Source of the DNA: a virus
Strand: one strand, 5' to 3'
IMG/VR virus record: IMGVR_UViG_3300028635_000005
Length of the DNA stretch: 64,000 nucleotides
The translations under genes were made by a program, and so were the position numbers. Below the pieces are notes generated by a model, which made no database searches, was not told the origin of the DNA, and saw only the letters and a list, made by a program, of their open reading frames with translations. Of this stretch, positions 9,723-17,875 are shown in pieces; the first letter of the stretch is position 1, and each line of letters opens with the position of its first letter.

Positions 9723-10329
9723 GATACGAATCCACTAAATCAGGATATTTTTTATATAAAACTTCTGCTACATCCTTTCGTCCTTTACGTAATCTTGTTT
9801 TAACAGTTGATAAATTCCATCCTAAATCATTTGCTATGTCATTAAGTTGTTTTTGCTTAATTTCTCTTTCTAACATAACTGTACGATATGGCTCTTTTAA
9901 TTCATTAATGACAGCTAATGAGGCGTCAAATAATTTTCGTGTAAGTTCTTCTCCAACCGGGCCTATTACTTCAGTATTCATGTTAAAAACGGGATTATAT
10001 AACTGAAGTAAACGAGAATGATTATTCATGTACTTATCATAAGACAAAACTTTATTCTTTTGTCTTATAGCACCTAACGATTCATTTTTTGCAATTGCAT
10101 AAACCCATGTTGAAAAATTGTACTTATGATTGTATTGATCAATTTTTTGCCACATCAAAATGATAGTTTGCGAAACAACATCATTTGCAAGATCTTTATC
10201 TTTTACAAAATTGTACACAAAAGAAAAAAGACCGGGCTTAAGACGTTTAATAAGATTTGAAAAATTTTCGTTATTTTTGTTTTTTATAAAATTCAATGCT
10301 AACGTTTGAATACTTGTGTCTTTAGCCAT
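9706..10329 (-). CDS. ECF-type sigma-70 family factor
   Basis: Region 2 (DLANDVVSQTIILMWQKIDQY..FSTWVYAIAKN) and region 4 (EPYRTVMLER..DIANDLGWNLSTVKTRLRKGR). Confidence 0.9.
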   Translation of the reverse strand: MAKDTSIQTLALNFIKNKNNENFSNLIKRLKPGLFSFVYNFVKDKDLANDVVSQTIILMWQKIDQYNHKYNFSTWVYAIAKNESLGAIRQKNKVLSYDKYMNNHSRLLQLYNPVFNMNTEVIGPVGEELTRKLFDASLAVINELKEPYRTVMLEREIKQKQLNDIANDLGWNLSTVKTRLRKGRKDVAEVLYKKYPDLVDSYLGNET

Positions 10330-10358
10330 AAATAAAAAATGTAAAAAATGTTTATTTT

Positions 10359-10392
10359 TGTTTATACGTGTTTTAATGTTTATATGTGTTTT
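10359..10392. repeat. Tandem 16-nt direct repeat upstream of the sigma gene
   Basis: TGTTTATACGTGTTTT (10359-10374) and TGTTTATATGTGTTTT (10377-10392). Confidence 0.7.
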
Positions 10393-10700
10393 TAATCGTC
10401 ATCAATAACCTGTTGTACGTACGAACTGATGTTTTTCATAAGATTTTCTACTCTTACAAAGGGAAATTGCCCAAGTGCGTTAACAATTTGAGTCAATGTC
10501 TGATGATCTATTGTTTCAACATCAATTGCATTAATAAGGCCTGCAATCTGGTTAAAGGGCATATCCCCAATAGCTTGTAGGATAGCTTTTCTAAATTCGG
10601 GTTTAATTCGATACGTTGGAACGTATGCTTTAGTTTCAATTTTTTGCGTTGAATCAACTGTAAGTGCTTGATCCATAGGATTTGTAACGTTATTTGCCAT
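10392..10700 (-). CDS. Hypothetical protein
   Basis: 102-aa ORF with internal duplication (QAIGDMPFNQI / NALGQFPFVRV). Confidence 0.65.
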   Translation of the reverse strand: MANNVTNPMDQALTVDSTQKIETKAYVPTYRIKPEFRKAILQAIGDMPFNQIAGLINAIDVETIDHQTLTQIVNALGQFPFVRVENLMKNISSYVQQVIDDD

Positions 10701-10733
10701 AAATTAACTTATTTTAGTTTAAAAAATTATTTA

Positions 10734-10762
10734 ATTATATTTATTGAATATTCAAAAGTTTT
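10734..10762 (-). promoter_or_regulatory. Middle-type promoter AAAACTT-N16-TATAAT
   Basis: Exact spacing. Confidence 0.6.
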
Positions 10763-10766
10763 TATA

Positions 10767-10800
10767 TAAATATAAACCAAAAAGACGTTTTTGATACTTT
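10767..10800 (-). promoter_or_regulatory. Early (host-sigma-type) promoter
   Basis: AAAGTATCAAAA-N5-TTTTTGGTTTATATTTA; same architecture as the tmRNA promoter. Confidence 0.55.
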
Positions 10801-10818
10801 TTATCTGTTAAATAAAAA

Positions 10819-11115
10819 TTAATTAACAATTTTATATCCCAAAGATTCTAAATAGCTTATCCATGTCTTTAAATCCGGTCGAATAATAGAATGCTTATCT
10901 ACAATAACCCCTGTTCCTCGTTTATAGAATAAAATTTGAATAAACCAATTGTCAGAAATGTCTTCTATTATTTTTACATGATACGGCGAATGTTTTTTCA
11001 TTAAATCATACAGAACTTTATTTTCTGCATAATCAGAAATATATTCATTGATTTTATTTTTTTCGGAGTTCGGTTTATTCGGGTACGTGTATGCCATACT
11101 CTTATTTTTAAACAT
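10819..11115 (-). CDS. Hypothetical protein
   Basis: 98-aa ORF coupled to tmk. Confidence 0.6.
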   Translation of the reverse strand: MFKNKSMAYTYPNKPNSEKNKINEYISDYAENKVLYDLMKKHSPYHVKIIEDISDNWFIQILFYKRGTGVIVDKHSIIRPDLKTWISYLESLGYKIVN

Positions 11116-11782
11116 TTAAAACAAATGATAAATAATTTTCATACTTATTAAAAATTTTATCAGGAGACAGCGTCTTTGTCGGTATTATCACATACTTACT
11201 GTAGCCCTTTAATGCTAAATAGTTATCTCTAACCTTTGATTGAAATTTTATGTCTTTTTCATGAATGTCTTCCTTTCCTTTAAGATATTCTCTATCAGTT
11301 CCGGTTCGCCGAGTTTCTAATCTTTGTTTGATAATTTTAATAGGAACATCAAAAAAGATAGTTAAATCGGGATAAGGAAGTTTTAAAAAATTAAACTCAA
11401 AATTATATATCCAATCTCTTAATTCTTTTGTATGTGAATCAGTTTTTGCTTTCGCTCCTTGATATGCCATATTTGAAAATACGTATCTATCTAAAATTAA
11501 AACATCATATTTATCAAGTATGTCATTTATTTTTGAAAGATAAAGATATCTGTCCATTGCATAAATATTAGCCACAAATACTGGGTCAACTTCGTTTATA
11601 TCGCCGAGATCACCACAAAGAAAAGATGATATGACTTTTCCTGCAACGGTTTTATCATATGTAGGAAAATGAATAAACCTATATGATAATCTATGTTTAT
11701 CTAAATAATTAGTCAATAAAATAACTTGCGTAGATTTTCCGCTAGAGTCAAGTCCTTCTAGACAGATTATTTTTGCCGACAT
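11108..11782 (-). CDS. tmk: Thymidylate (dTMP) kinase
   Basis: ICLEGLDSSGKSTQ P-loop, LILDRYVFSNMAYQ, PDLTIFFDVP. Confidence 0.95.
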   Translation of the reverse strand: MSAKIICLEGLDSSGKSTQVILLTNYLDKHRLSYRFIHFPTYDKTVAGKVISSFLCGDLGDINEVDPVFVANIYAMDRYLYLSKINDILDKYDVLILDRYVFSNMAYQGAKAKTDSHTKELRDWIYNFEFNFLKLPYPDLTIFFDVPIKIIKQRLETRRTGTDREYLKGKEDIHEKDIKFQSKVRDNYLALKGYSKYVIIPTKTLSPDKIFNKYENYLSFVLNV

Positions 11783-11786
11783 TTGT

Positions 11787-12068
11787 TTATTTTTTAAAGA
11801 TTGATAAAATATTTGTTAAATAAGAAAATATAAATACAATTCCTAAACCTATACATATCGTTTCAATAAAAGCCCAGTTTGTGCCAAATAATATTTTTAA
11901 TGAATAACCAAACACGACTGAACGAGTAACAAGCAATAAAAATGATGTTAAATTTAATGTTAAAAGTTCAGGCCACGTTTTTTCTGACATTTGAGCTATG
12001 TCTTCTTCAGGCAATGAATTTTCCTTAGCGTTATTCAAATAATCTGCTAATAGATTATCTTTCTTCAT
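11787..12068 (-). CDS. Small membrane protein
   Basis: Two hydrophobic segments. Confidence 0.6.
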   Translation of the reverse strand: MKKDNLLADYLNNAKENSLPEEDIAQMSEKTWPELLTLNLTSFLLLVTRSVVFGYSLKILFGTNWAFIETICIGLGIVFIFSYLTNILSIFKK

Positions 12069-12607
12069 TATTTTTTGGTTTTAAGATCAATCTTCTTAAC
12101 TTTAGTATTATCATCCAAAGGTTGTTTCTTTTCTTCTTTTTCGTCTTTATTCTTATCTAATGATACAGATGATTTTTTATTTATATTAGATTTATTTTCA
12201 ACAGTTTCATCAGATTTATCTTTTTCGCCTTCTTCCTTTGTAAATGATGCGCTATTTTTCTTTGGGTCAAGACTTGATTTTCCCGTAGAATTTTGATCTT
12301 TTGTATCAGGTGTGTCTTTAGTTTTAATTTCCCCATACATTCCAGGTTTAAATTCTTTTACGGAATCAAGGTCCGTTTGTAGGTCATATCTTGGATCAAA
12401 CTTGGCATCACCCATTTTAATTTCAACTTTAATTTCTGTTTGGCTCTTTTGATATTCTTTTTTAAGCCAATCATAAGATTTCTTATTTTCATCTGGAATA
12501 ATAAGACCATCGGCATTTGTTAATCCTTCTCCCCCATCCATCATAGGAAGTGCATCTTCATAAAGTTTTTCTAAATAATCATTAATGTTGAAATTACCTG
12601 CTTTCAT
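12068..12607 (-). CDS. Hypothetical late protein with leader ending KLYE
   Basis: MKAGNFNINDYLEKLYE; K/D/E-rich C-terminus; late motif upstream. Confidence 0.7.
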   Translation of the reverse strand: MKAGNFNINDYLEKLYEDALPMMDGGEGLTNADGLIIPDENKKSYDWLKKEYQKSQTEIKVEIKMGDAKFDPRYDLQTDLDSVKEFKPGMYGEIKTKDTPDTKDQNSTGKSSLDPKKNSASFTKEEGEKDKSDETVENKSNINKKSSVSLDKNKDEKEEKKQPLDDNTKVKKIDLKTKK

Positions 12608-12615
12608 AAGTATGG

Positions 12616-12630
12616 TTTTATTTTATATAT
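12616..12630 (-). promoter_or_regulatory. Late-type promoter motif
   Basis: ATATATAAAATAAAA. Confidence 0.65.
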
Positions 12631-12652
12631 TCTTATGCTTTAATATTAATAT

Positions 12653-12934
12653 TTAAAGTTCGTCTTGTATATTTTCTATTATAGCTTCTAGACTTCGTTT
12701 TAATTCCTCTAGATCACCAACAAGATATTCTGCTGTTGTTCCGCTAATGCCGTAAGAACCTCTTCTAGCATTAAGAATTTCGTATTGAAGGCGCTGCACA
12801 TTTTCCATCCAATCTATTAATCCTACTTCTTCAAGAGCATCTTCATCCCAGCCATCATCTTTGATAAAAGGGCCGTCTTCGCCTTCATATCTTTCATCGT
12901 CCCAGTCGTGTTCATTGATTGTTCTAGCCTTCAT
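12653..12934 (-). CDS. Small acidic late protein with CTS-like leader
   Basis: Start reassigned to ATG 12934 (MKARTINE) because a late promoter lies inside the longer ORF. Confidence 0.7.
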   Translation of the reverse strand: MKARTINEHDWDDERYEGEDGPFIKDDGWDEDALEEVGLIDWMENVQRLQYEILNARRGSYGISGTTAEYLVGDLEELKRSLEAIIENIQDEL

Positions 12935-12948
12935 ATCTTTAACATTTA

Positions 12949-12962
12949 TTTTATTTATATAT
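12949..12962 (-). promoter_or_regulatory. Late promoter (contains the T4 consensus TATAAATA)
   Basis: ATATATAAATAAAA. Confidence 0.7.
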
Positions 12963-13000
12963 TCTTTACTTCTATGAAAAAAGATAAAAAAAGCCGGCAC

Positions 13001-13630
13001 TTAGGTAGCTTTAGTTTTTCTCCCTTTTACCCATCCCTTTAAAAGATATTCATCTAATAAAGTTTTATCTATTCTTTTTGTATAGTTTAAATCTTTATTG
13101 TATATCCAAATTGTATTATAATTCGGATTTTTTTCCTTAGTTTTATTAAACATGCCATTTTTATTTCCTGAAACTAAATAGCCATTATTACGCATACCAT
13201 TATTAAGACTAATCTTTCTTTTAGTAATGTCTGACATGCGCATACCCTTATTTTTTGATATTCCTTTTTCGCTATTACTAATTTTTTTTCGAGTAATTTC
13301 AGAATGATGTTTATTTTTCATAGGAGAAATCCTGCCCTTTGCTGAGCCGCCTTTGCCTCCTATTTTTAAATTATAACATTTGGGGTCGTTTAAAACATTA
13401 TCATTTACAATTTTTGCTTCATAATCCAATGCTTCTTCAAATGTATTAAAAAATTTTAAAATTTCTCTTTTAAAATTTTCTTTTCCATATTTTTTAATTG
13501 CATTTTTAATGTATTTGCCCGAACCCATATACATGTCGTTTAAGTTCGAAGTTTTATGTACCCCATAATAAAAGTTTTCTGTAATTAAATTTACTACTCG
13601 ATAGAAATAATTATAATAATGCTTAGACAT
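13001..13630 (-). CDS. Free-standing GIY-YIG homing endonuclease (Seg-like, NUMOD3-type tail)
   Basis: YFYRVVNLITENFYYGVH..YMGSG..AIKKYGKENFKREIL..EALDYE; HSEITRKKIS repeats. Confidence 0.9.
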   Translation of the reverse strand: MSKHYYNYFYRVVNLITENFYYGVHKTSNLNDMYMGSGKYIKNAIKKYGKENFKREILKFFNTFEEALDYEAKIVNDNVLNDPKCYNLKIGGKGGSAKGRISPMKNKHHSEITRKKISNSEKGISKNKGMRMSDITKRKISLNNGMRNNGYLVSGNKNGMFNKTKEKNPNYNTIWIYNKDLNYTKRIDKTLLDEYLLKGWVKGRKTKAT

Positions 13631-13650
13631 ACATAAATTATGTTTAATTT

Positions 13651-13681
13651 AAAAGGGTGGAATTAATTCCACCCTTTTTTT
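13651..13681 (-). terminator. Intrinsic terminator of the tmRNA transcript
   Basis: AAAAGGGTGGAAT-TA-ATTCCACCCTTTT near-perfect hairpin. Confidence 0.85.
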
Positions 13682-13802
13682 CATTTGTCGTATACAAACT
13701 TCTTAAGCTGCCATACGATACTCTTTAAACTGTTCGCCGTTTAATTGCGTCTTGAGATGTTCGCTATTACCCTTAGTATGCAATCAAAGCCAAGTCATCC
13801 CC
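13682..13802 (-). ncRNA. ssrA: tmRNA coding piece (5' acceptor strand plus tag ORF) of a permuted gene
   Basis: Starts GGGGATGACTTGGCTTTGA; tag reading frame 13738-13703 GGC GAA CAG TTT AAA GAG TAT CGT ATG GCA GCT TAA = GEQFKEYRMAA*; the 3' end is approximate. Confidence 0.88.
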
Positions 13803-13870
13803 ATTTATGATTGATTAGCTGGCTCAATCATCAAAGCCTTTATAAGTTCCTTTCCAACGGAAAAGAATCG

Positions 13871-13940
13871 TGGAGATGGCGGGAATCGAACCCGCGTCTT
13901 ACATACCTACTCTCTAACTATCCTTTCGGAGTGTCTCAAT
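13871..13940 (-). ncRNA. ssrA: tmRNA acceptor piece (T-arm plus 3' acceptor strand) of a permuted gene
   Basis: GTATGTAA-GAC-GCGGGTTCGATTCCCGC-CATCTCCA; pairs with GGGGATG including G3.U70; CCA not encoded; the 5' end is approximate. Confidence 0.88.
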
Positions 13941-13944
13941 ATCT

Positions 13945-13978
13945 TAAATATAATACCAAAAATCAATTTTGATACTTT
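13945..13978 (-). promoter_or_regulatory. Early (host-sigma-type) promoter of the tmRNA gene
   Basis: AAAGTATCAAAA-N4-TTTTTGGTATTATATTTA just upstream of the acceptor piece. Confidence 0.6.
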
Positions 13979-13996
13979 AACTTTGTTAATTTATAG

Positions 13997-14272
13997 TTAA
14001 ATTTTATTCTTTTTTCTTTTTTCTTCAATAAAATTTTTCCATACTTTATCAAAGCCAAAAAATTTCCAGAAAATGTAATAAGCTAAAAGAATAAATAACC
14101 AAAATCCTACAAGCGCTGCAACAGCAGGCAATGTATCATACAGTTTTCCATATGCTATAGCCACAATAATAATGTTAACTAAATGCATCCAACCCTTCTT
14201 TAACCATGGCCATGCTGTTTCAATGGCCCAATTTTTAATTTTAGTCCAAAGTTTTTTAAAAAAATCTTTCAT
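13997..14272 (-). CDS. Small two-TM membrane protein
   Basis: Two hydrophobic helices and basic termini (holin-like topology, unproven). Confidence 0.6.
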   Translation of the reverse strand: MKDFFKKLWTKIKNWAIETAWPWLKKGWMHLVNIIIVAIAYGKLYDTLPAVAALVGFWLFILLAYYIFWKFFGFDKVWKNFIEEKRKKNKI

Positions 14273-14285
14273 AATTAATAGAATT

Positions 14286-14726
14286 TTATTTTTGTTTTGT
14301 TTGCGTCTTTTTTGCAGTAGTTGCTTTCTTTTCAGTAGAAGGCTTCTTAGGTGTAGTTTTCTTCACTGGAGCTTTTTTTGCTGGCACTTTTTCTGTTGAC
14401 GTTTTTTTCGCCGGAGCCTTTTTCTTAGGTGCAGGCTTTTCCTTAGGAAGACTTTCATCAGTTTTTAAATCTTCTTTTTCAATATGAGGTTCTTCTTTAA
14501 TTTTCATAGATACTTGTTCTTCTTCCGGTTTCTCGGGAGTAACTGGAAATTCATTTTGCGTAGGTTCATTACTGATTTGTGAACCTCCAAAATTAGTAGG
14601 ATCTAAAATTTGCTTATCATTTATTGGTTCAGGTATAACGATTCTTTTTCTACGACTACGCTGAATTAACCCAATAATAAGAATTAATGCTATTACTCCT
14701 AACGTAATAAATAGTACTGTTTTCAT
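14286..14726 (-). CDS. Membrane-anchored protein with histone-H1-like PAKK tail
   Basis: N-terminal TM; KPAPKKKAPAKK..PAKKAPVKKTTPKK. Confidence 0.7.
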   Translation of the reverse strand: MKTVLFITLGVIALILIIGLIQRSRRKRIVIPEPINDKQILDPTNFGGSQISNEPTQNEFPVTPEKPEEEQVSMKIKEEPHIEKEDLKTDESLPKEKPAPKKKAPAKKTSTEKVPAKKAPVKKTTPKKPSTEKKATTAKKTQTKQK

Positions 14727-14762
14727 AGTGTTTGTTTTGATTTATTTAAGTTAAACATAAAA

Positions 14763-16526
14763 TTAAATTCCTAAGTCGCTATCTGCATCAGGCATTTCTT
14801 CCATTCCTGGTTCTTCAGGAGCTCCTCCTCCAAGATCCATGTCTGGGCCTCCTCCAAAATCAGAACCTCCTCCAAAGCCACCACCACTTTCGCCTTCATC
14901 GCTTTTATTTAATCTTTTAACTGCATCTGCAATACGAGAAAGTTGTTCTCTTCTTTCCTTTTTGTATTTTGCATTAAGTTTAAGATCTTCTTCTGTAAAG
15001 TTCATATATTTCTCAACTAAGAATTTTGGATCAAAGTACATTCCATCCATTGTAATTTTTCCTTCATCATCTACTTCAGGCTGTCTAATGTTCATAAGCT
15101 TTTCAACTATATCTGCGCCTTTTGAAATTATATCTCTTTTCTTAGCTTCAGTAAATAAGTTTTCTTCAATAAATTGAATGCCTATTGCGCCTTTCAAGGC
15201 TTTATCTTTTGCAAATTCGGGATGTTTCAAACAAAATTGAATCCACATCGGTTTGTGTAATATTTCCTGTAAAATTGTACGAATTCTATTAATAAAATAA
15301 TTGAAACGTATTTCCTCTCTTGCAATACTATCTCCTCCGGAATTCCATGCTGATGTTGCATCTTCACCACTTATAGAAGAAAACCTATCCTTTGGAATTT
15401 TCGTTTCAATGATAAACCGTTTCCAGAAATACCCCAACGCATTTGTATCTGAAAGATCATATCCCGCTGGGGCAAAAGAATCTATTTCAGTTTGGCTTCC
15501 TTCTTTAGAAGGAATAATATATTGTTTTGCAAATGAAAAGTTAGGTTGTCCATTTATAGTTATTTCACCGCTATCATAATCGATGTTAACATCTTCTTTA
15601 TATATTCCTCTAAGTTCTGATAATCTTGTACGAGCTTTAACTTCAGATTGTGTACCTATAGGAACAACTATTTTCATTCTGTGTTGTGAATTAATAATGT
15701 TCCATATAATACGGGAATTTTCCATTGTTCTTAGCATGTTAAAAGATCTAACCAATCTTTCTACGTAAGATAATCTTGAAATAAAATTATTTCGTGCCCA
15801 TGAGATATAAATTACATTACCATCAACTAATTCTCTTTGTCTTTTTGCGTCTCCTCTGAATTGAACCCAAACCCGATATTCATTTTCTTCTTCATCTATT
15901 CGTAATTCAGGTTCTAATGTAACGGGATCTAATTCTTTAAATCCTAAAATGTTTTTTGCATCTTCATCTCCTTCTCCGTCATAAATTATTTCAAAGGCAA
16001 GAAATCCGTCAATAAGAAATTTTTTACAATAGTGCCAAGCAGCATGTCCTTGATTAAATCCAAATGCATAATAAACTCTTTTAAATGATTCATTTAAATC
16101 ATCTACAATTTCTTTAGCCTTTTCAGCTTTTAAAACAGATTTAAGCTTTTGCGTATTTGGATATGCAAAAAAGTTAGCATCATCTTGGATAATAGTTTCA
16201 TCGGCAATAACATCTAAAACGTATTCTATTTCACCATTCATTGCAAATCTTCTTAAGAAGTCTCTTCTTGTCGGATATTCTTTGTCATAAAAAGCAATAA
16301 ATTCTGTTTGTCCAATATCTCTGCCTGCGGCCATTTGAGGTTGACCATATAGGCTATACATTGAATCTTCTTGAATTTCAGATATTCCGATAGACTTGGA
16401 TTGTTTAATGAGATTTTGATCCCATTTCATTCCTAGCACAGAAAGATAACGAATATTTCTTTGTAAATTATCTAAAAATCCTCGGGAGCCTCTATCTAAA
16501 TTGCGTAATGAAAATATTCCAGCCAC
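14763..16526 (-). CDS. gp20: Portal vertex protein (T4 gp20-like)
   Basis: FLRRFAMNGEIEYVLDVIADE, KKFLIDGFLAF, LSYVERLVRSFNMLRTMENSRIIW, REEIRFNYFINRIR; GTG start. Confidence 0.92.
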   Translation of the reverse strand: MAGIFSLRNLDRGSRGFLDNLQRNIRYLSVLGMKWDQNLIKQSKSIGISEIQEDSMYSLYGQPQMAAGRDIGQTEFIAFYDKEYPTRRDFLRRFAMNGEIEYVLDVIADETIIQDDANFFAYPNTQKLKSVLKAEKAKEIVDDLNESFKRVYYAFGFNQGHAAWHYCKKFLIDGFLAFEIIYDGEGDEDAKNILGFKELDPVTLEPELRIDEEENEYRVWVQFRGDAKRQRELVDGNVIYISWARNNFISRLSYVERLVRSFNMLRTMENSRIIWNIINSQHRMKIVVPIGTQSEVKARTRLSELRGIYKEDVNIDYDSGEITINGQPNFSFAKQYIIPSKEGSQTEIDSFAPAGYDLSDTNALGYFWKRFIIETKIPKDRFSSISGEDATSAWNSGGDSIAREEIRFNYFINRIRTILQEILHKPMWIQFCLKHPEFAKDKALKGAIGIQFIEENLFTEAKKRDIISKGADIVEKLMNIRQPEVDDEGKITMDGMYFDPKFLVEKYMNFTEEDLKLNAKYKKERREQLSRIADAVKRLNKSDEGESGGGFGGGSDFGGGPDMDLGGGAPEEPGMEEMPDADSDLGI

Positions 16527-16535
16527 AATAATTAC

Positions 16536-16553
16536 TTTTATTTATTTATATAT
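16536..16553 (-). promoter_or_regulatory. Late promoter (TATAAATA)
   Basis: ATATATAAATAAATAAAA before portal. Confidence 0.7.
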
Positions 16554-16580
16554 TTATATTTAACAATATAATTATGGTTT

Positions 16581-17285
16581 TTATTCTTTGTTATTTCGAT
16601 TGTCCCAATACATTTGATAAAGTATTTCTAAATTAATTCTTTTAAACGCATAAGAAGGTGTTAAGAACGGGATATATTTCCATTCCTCGTATTCAATCAT
16701 TCTAAATTTTCTTACATTTCTTAAATAGTATGATCGATAACCAAACTCGAATAAAGTGTTATATTTTTTATTAAATATCTCAAAAAGTTGAGGATTCTTA
16801 CCAAGTATTGTAGCCATAATATATGTATAATTAACAGCTAATTTATTGTTTTGAGTTTTTTCTTCTATTTTTTGAAAAAAGTTTTTATAATATTCATAAT
16901 ACACTTGAAGAAACTTTAATCTTTCTGAAGGTGGCAAAATATTCATGTTAATGCCTTTAATTAACTTTGTTGTCGGGTTAAAAGAAGTGCAAAAAACTAT
17001 TGGAGTAAAATCATGAAAAGTAACTTGTTTTCCTGTTTTAAAATTTTCTAATTCAACTAGATTATTTTCATCAACATTGATAAAAATATAAATCATTCCT
17101 GGGATAGGCAACCCACGATTAGCACGAGCTATTAAAGATTCTTGATCAGTTGAGTCTATATCAATTAATTTATGATCACCCTTTAATTCAAGTCGTAAGT
17201 AATTTTCTATTAATCTTTCATAAGCAACTTTTTCGATATCATCGATTCGCTTATATATTTCATGTAATTCTTTAGGCGATTTCAT
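16581..17285 (-). CDS. gp2: DNA end protector protein (T4 gp2-like)
   Basis: PGMIYIF..HDFTPIVF..GINMNILPPSERLKFL..FRSYY pattern; adjacent to gp4. Confidence 0.7.
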   Translation of the reverse strand: MKSPKELHEIYKRIDDIEKVAYERLIENYLRLELKGDHKLIDIDSTDQESLIARANRGLPIPGMIYIFINVDENNLVELENFKTGKQVTFHDFTPIVFCTSFNPTTKLIKGINMNILPPSERLKFLQVYYEYYKNFFQKIEEKTQNNKLAVNYTYIMATILGKNPQLFEIFNKKYNTLFEFGYRSYYLRNVRKFRMIEYEEWKYIPFLTPSYAFKRINLEILYQMYWDNRNNKE

Positions 17286-17875
17286 TATCTGTTATTCGCT
17301 GGCCAAAATCGACCTATAAGTTTTTCTAACGTATGCTCTGTAAAGACATAAAATTTAGCATTACTTTTTTCTGCCCATGCATTCATTGCAGCCCATTTAG
17401 CTTCATTTATCAAGTATTCTTTAGCATCGTTGTTAAATTTTCTAATTTCTTTAAGAGGTGCATTTGCATTTGGTGGGATAGGTTTTTTTAATTTTCCTGA
17501 AGGTTTTATTTCAATAAACATTCTCTGTATTTCACCATCGCCTTTATCAACTTCAATCCAATAATCTGTATTATAATATTTAACAACCCAATTTTTTGGA
17601 TTGTTAGGATCTAAGCCTTGTTTTTTACATTCCTCAAGTTTGGAGATTCTATCATAATATGGAATTCTTATGGGTTCTGAACTCCAACGTAAAACAGAAG
17701 GAGAAAAATCACACCAACGGCAAAACGAATGTTCCCAAGAAGAACGATATATTACAAGAGATGGATTGCCCAGATATTTTTGCGGGTTTTGAAGCTTATA
17801 ATATCCTTGTTGTGTTTTAGCATTAGGAGACATATCCGGTTTATGCCAATGCTTATATGATTCATTAAAAGCCAT
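17285..17875 (-). CDS. gp4: Head completion nuclease (T4 gp4-like)
   Basis: YRSSWEHSFCRWCD..WSSEPIRIPY..YYNTDY..FIEIKP..NEAKWAA. Confidence 0.92.
   Translation of the reverse strand: MAFNESYKHWHKPDMSPNAKTQQGYYKLQNPQKYLGNPSLVIYRSSWEHSFCRWCDFSPSVLRWSSEPIRIPYYDRISKLEECKKQGLDPNNPKNWVVKYYNTDYWIEVDKGDGEIQRMFIEIKPSGKLKKPIPPNANAPLKEIRKFNNDAKEYLINEAKWAAMNAWAEKSNAKFYVFTEHTLEKLIGRFWPANNR

Noticed and set aside
13871-13898. tRNA gene (T-arm plus acceptor 3' strand)
   Set aside because: No D-arm, anticodon arm or 5' acceptor strand upstream; the complementary 5' strand lies downstream and leads into a tag ORF, so this is a permuted tmRNA.
13001-13940. Group I intron with an endonuclease inside the tmRNA
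   Set aside because: The GIY-YIG ORF lies outside both tmRNA pieces, after the terminator; the 68-nt intervening segment is too short and has no group I core.
6529-14272. Complete lysis cassette (holin 13997, spanin 6529)
   Set aside because: Only topology-level resemblance; the genes are not adjacent and no endolysin is in the window.
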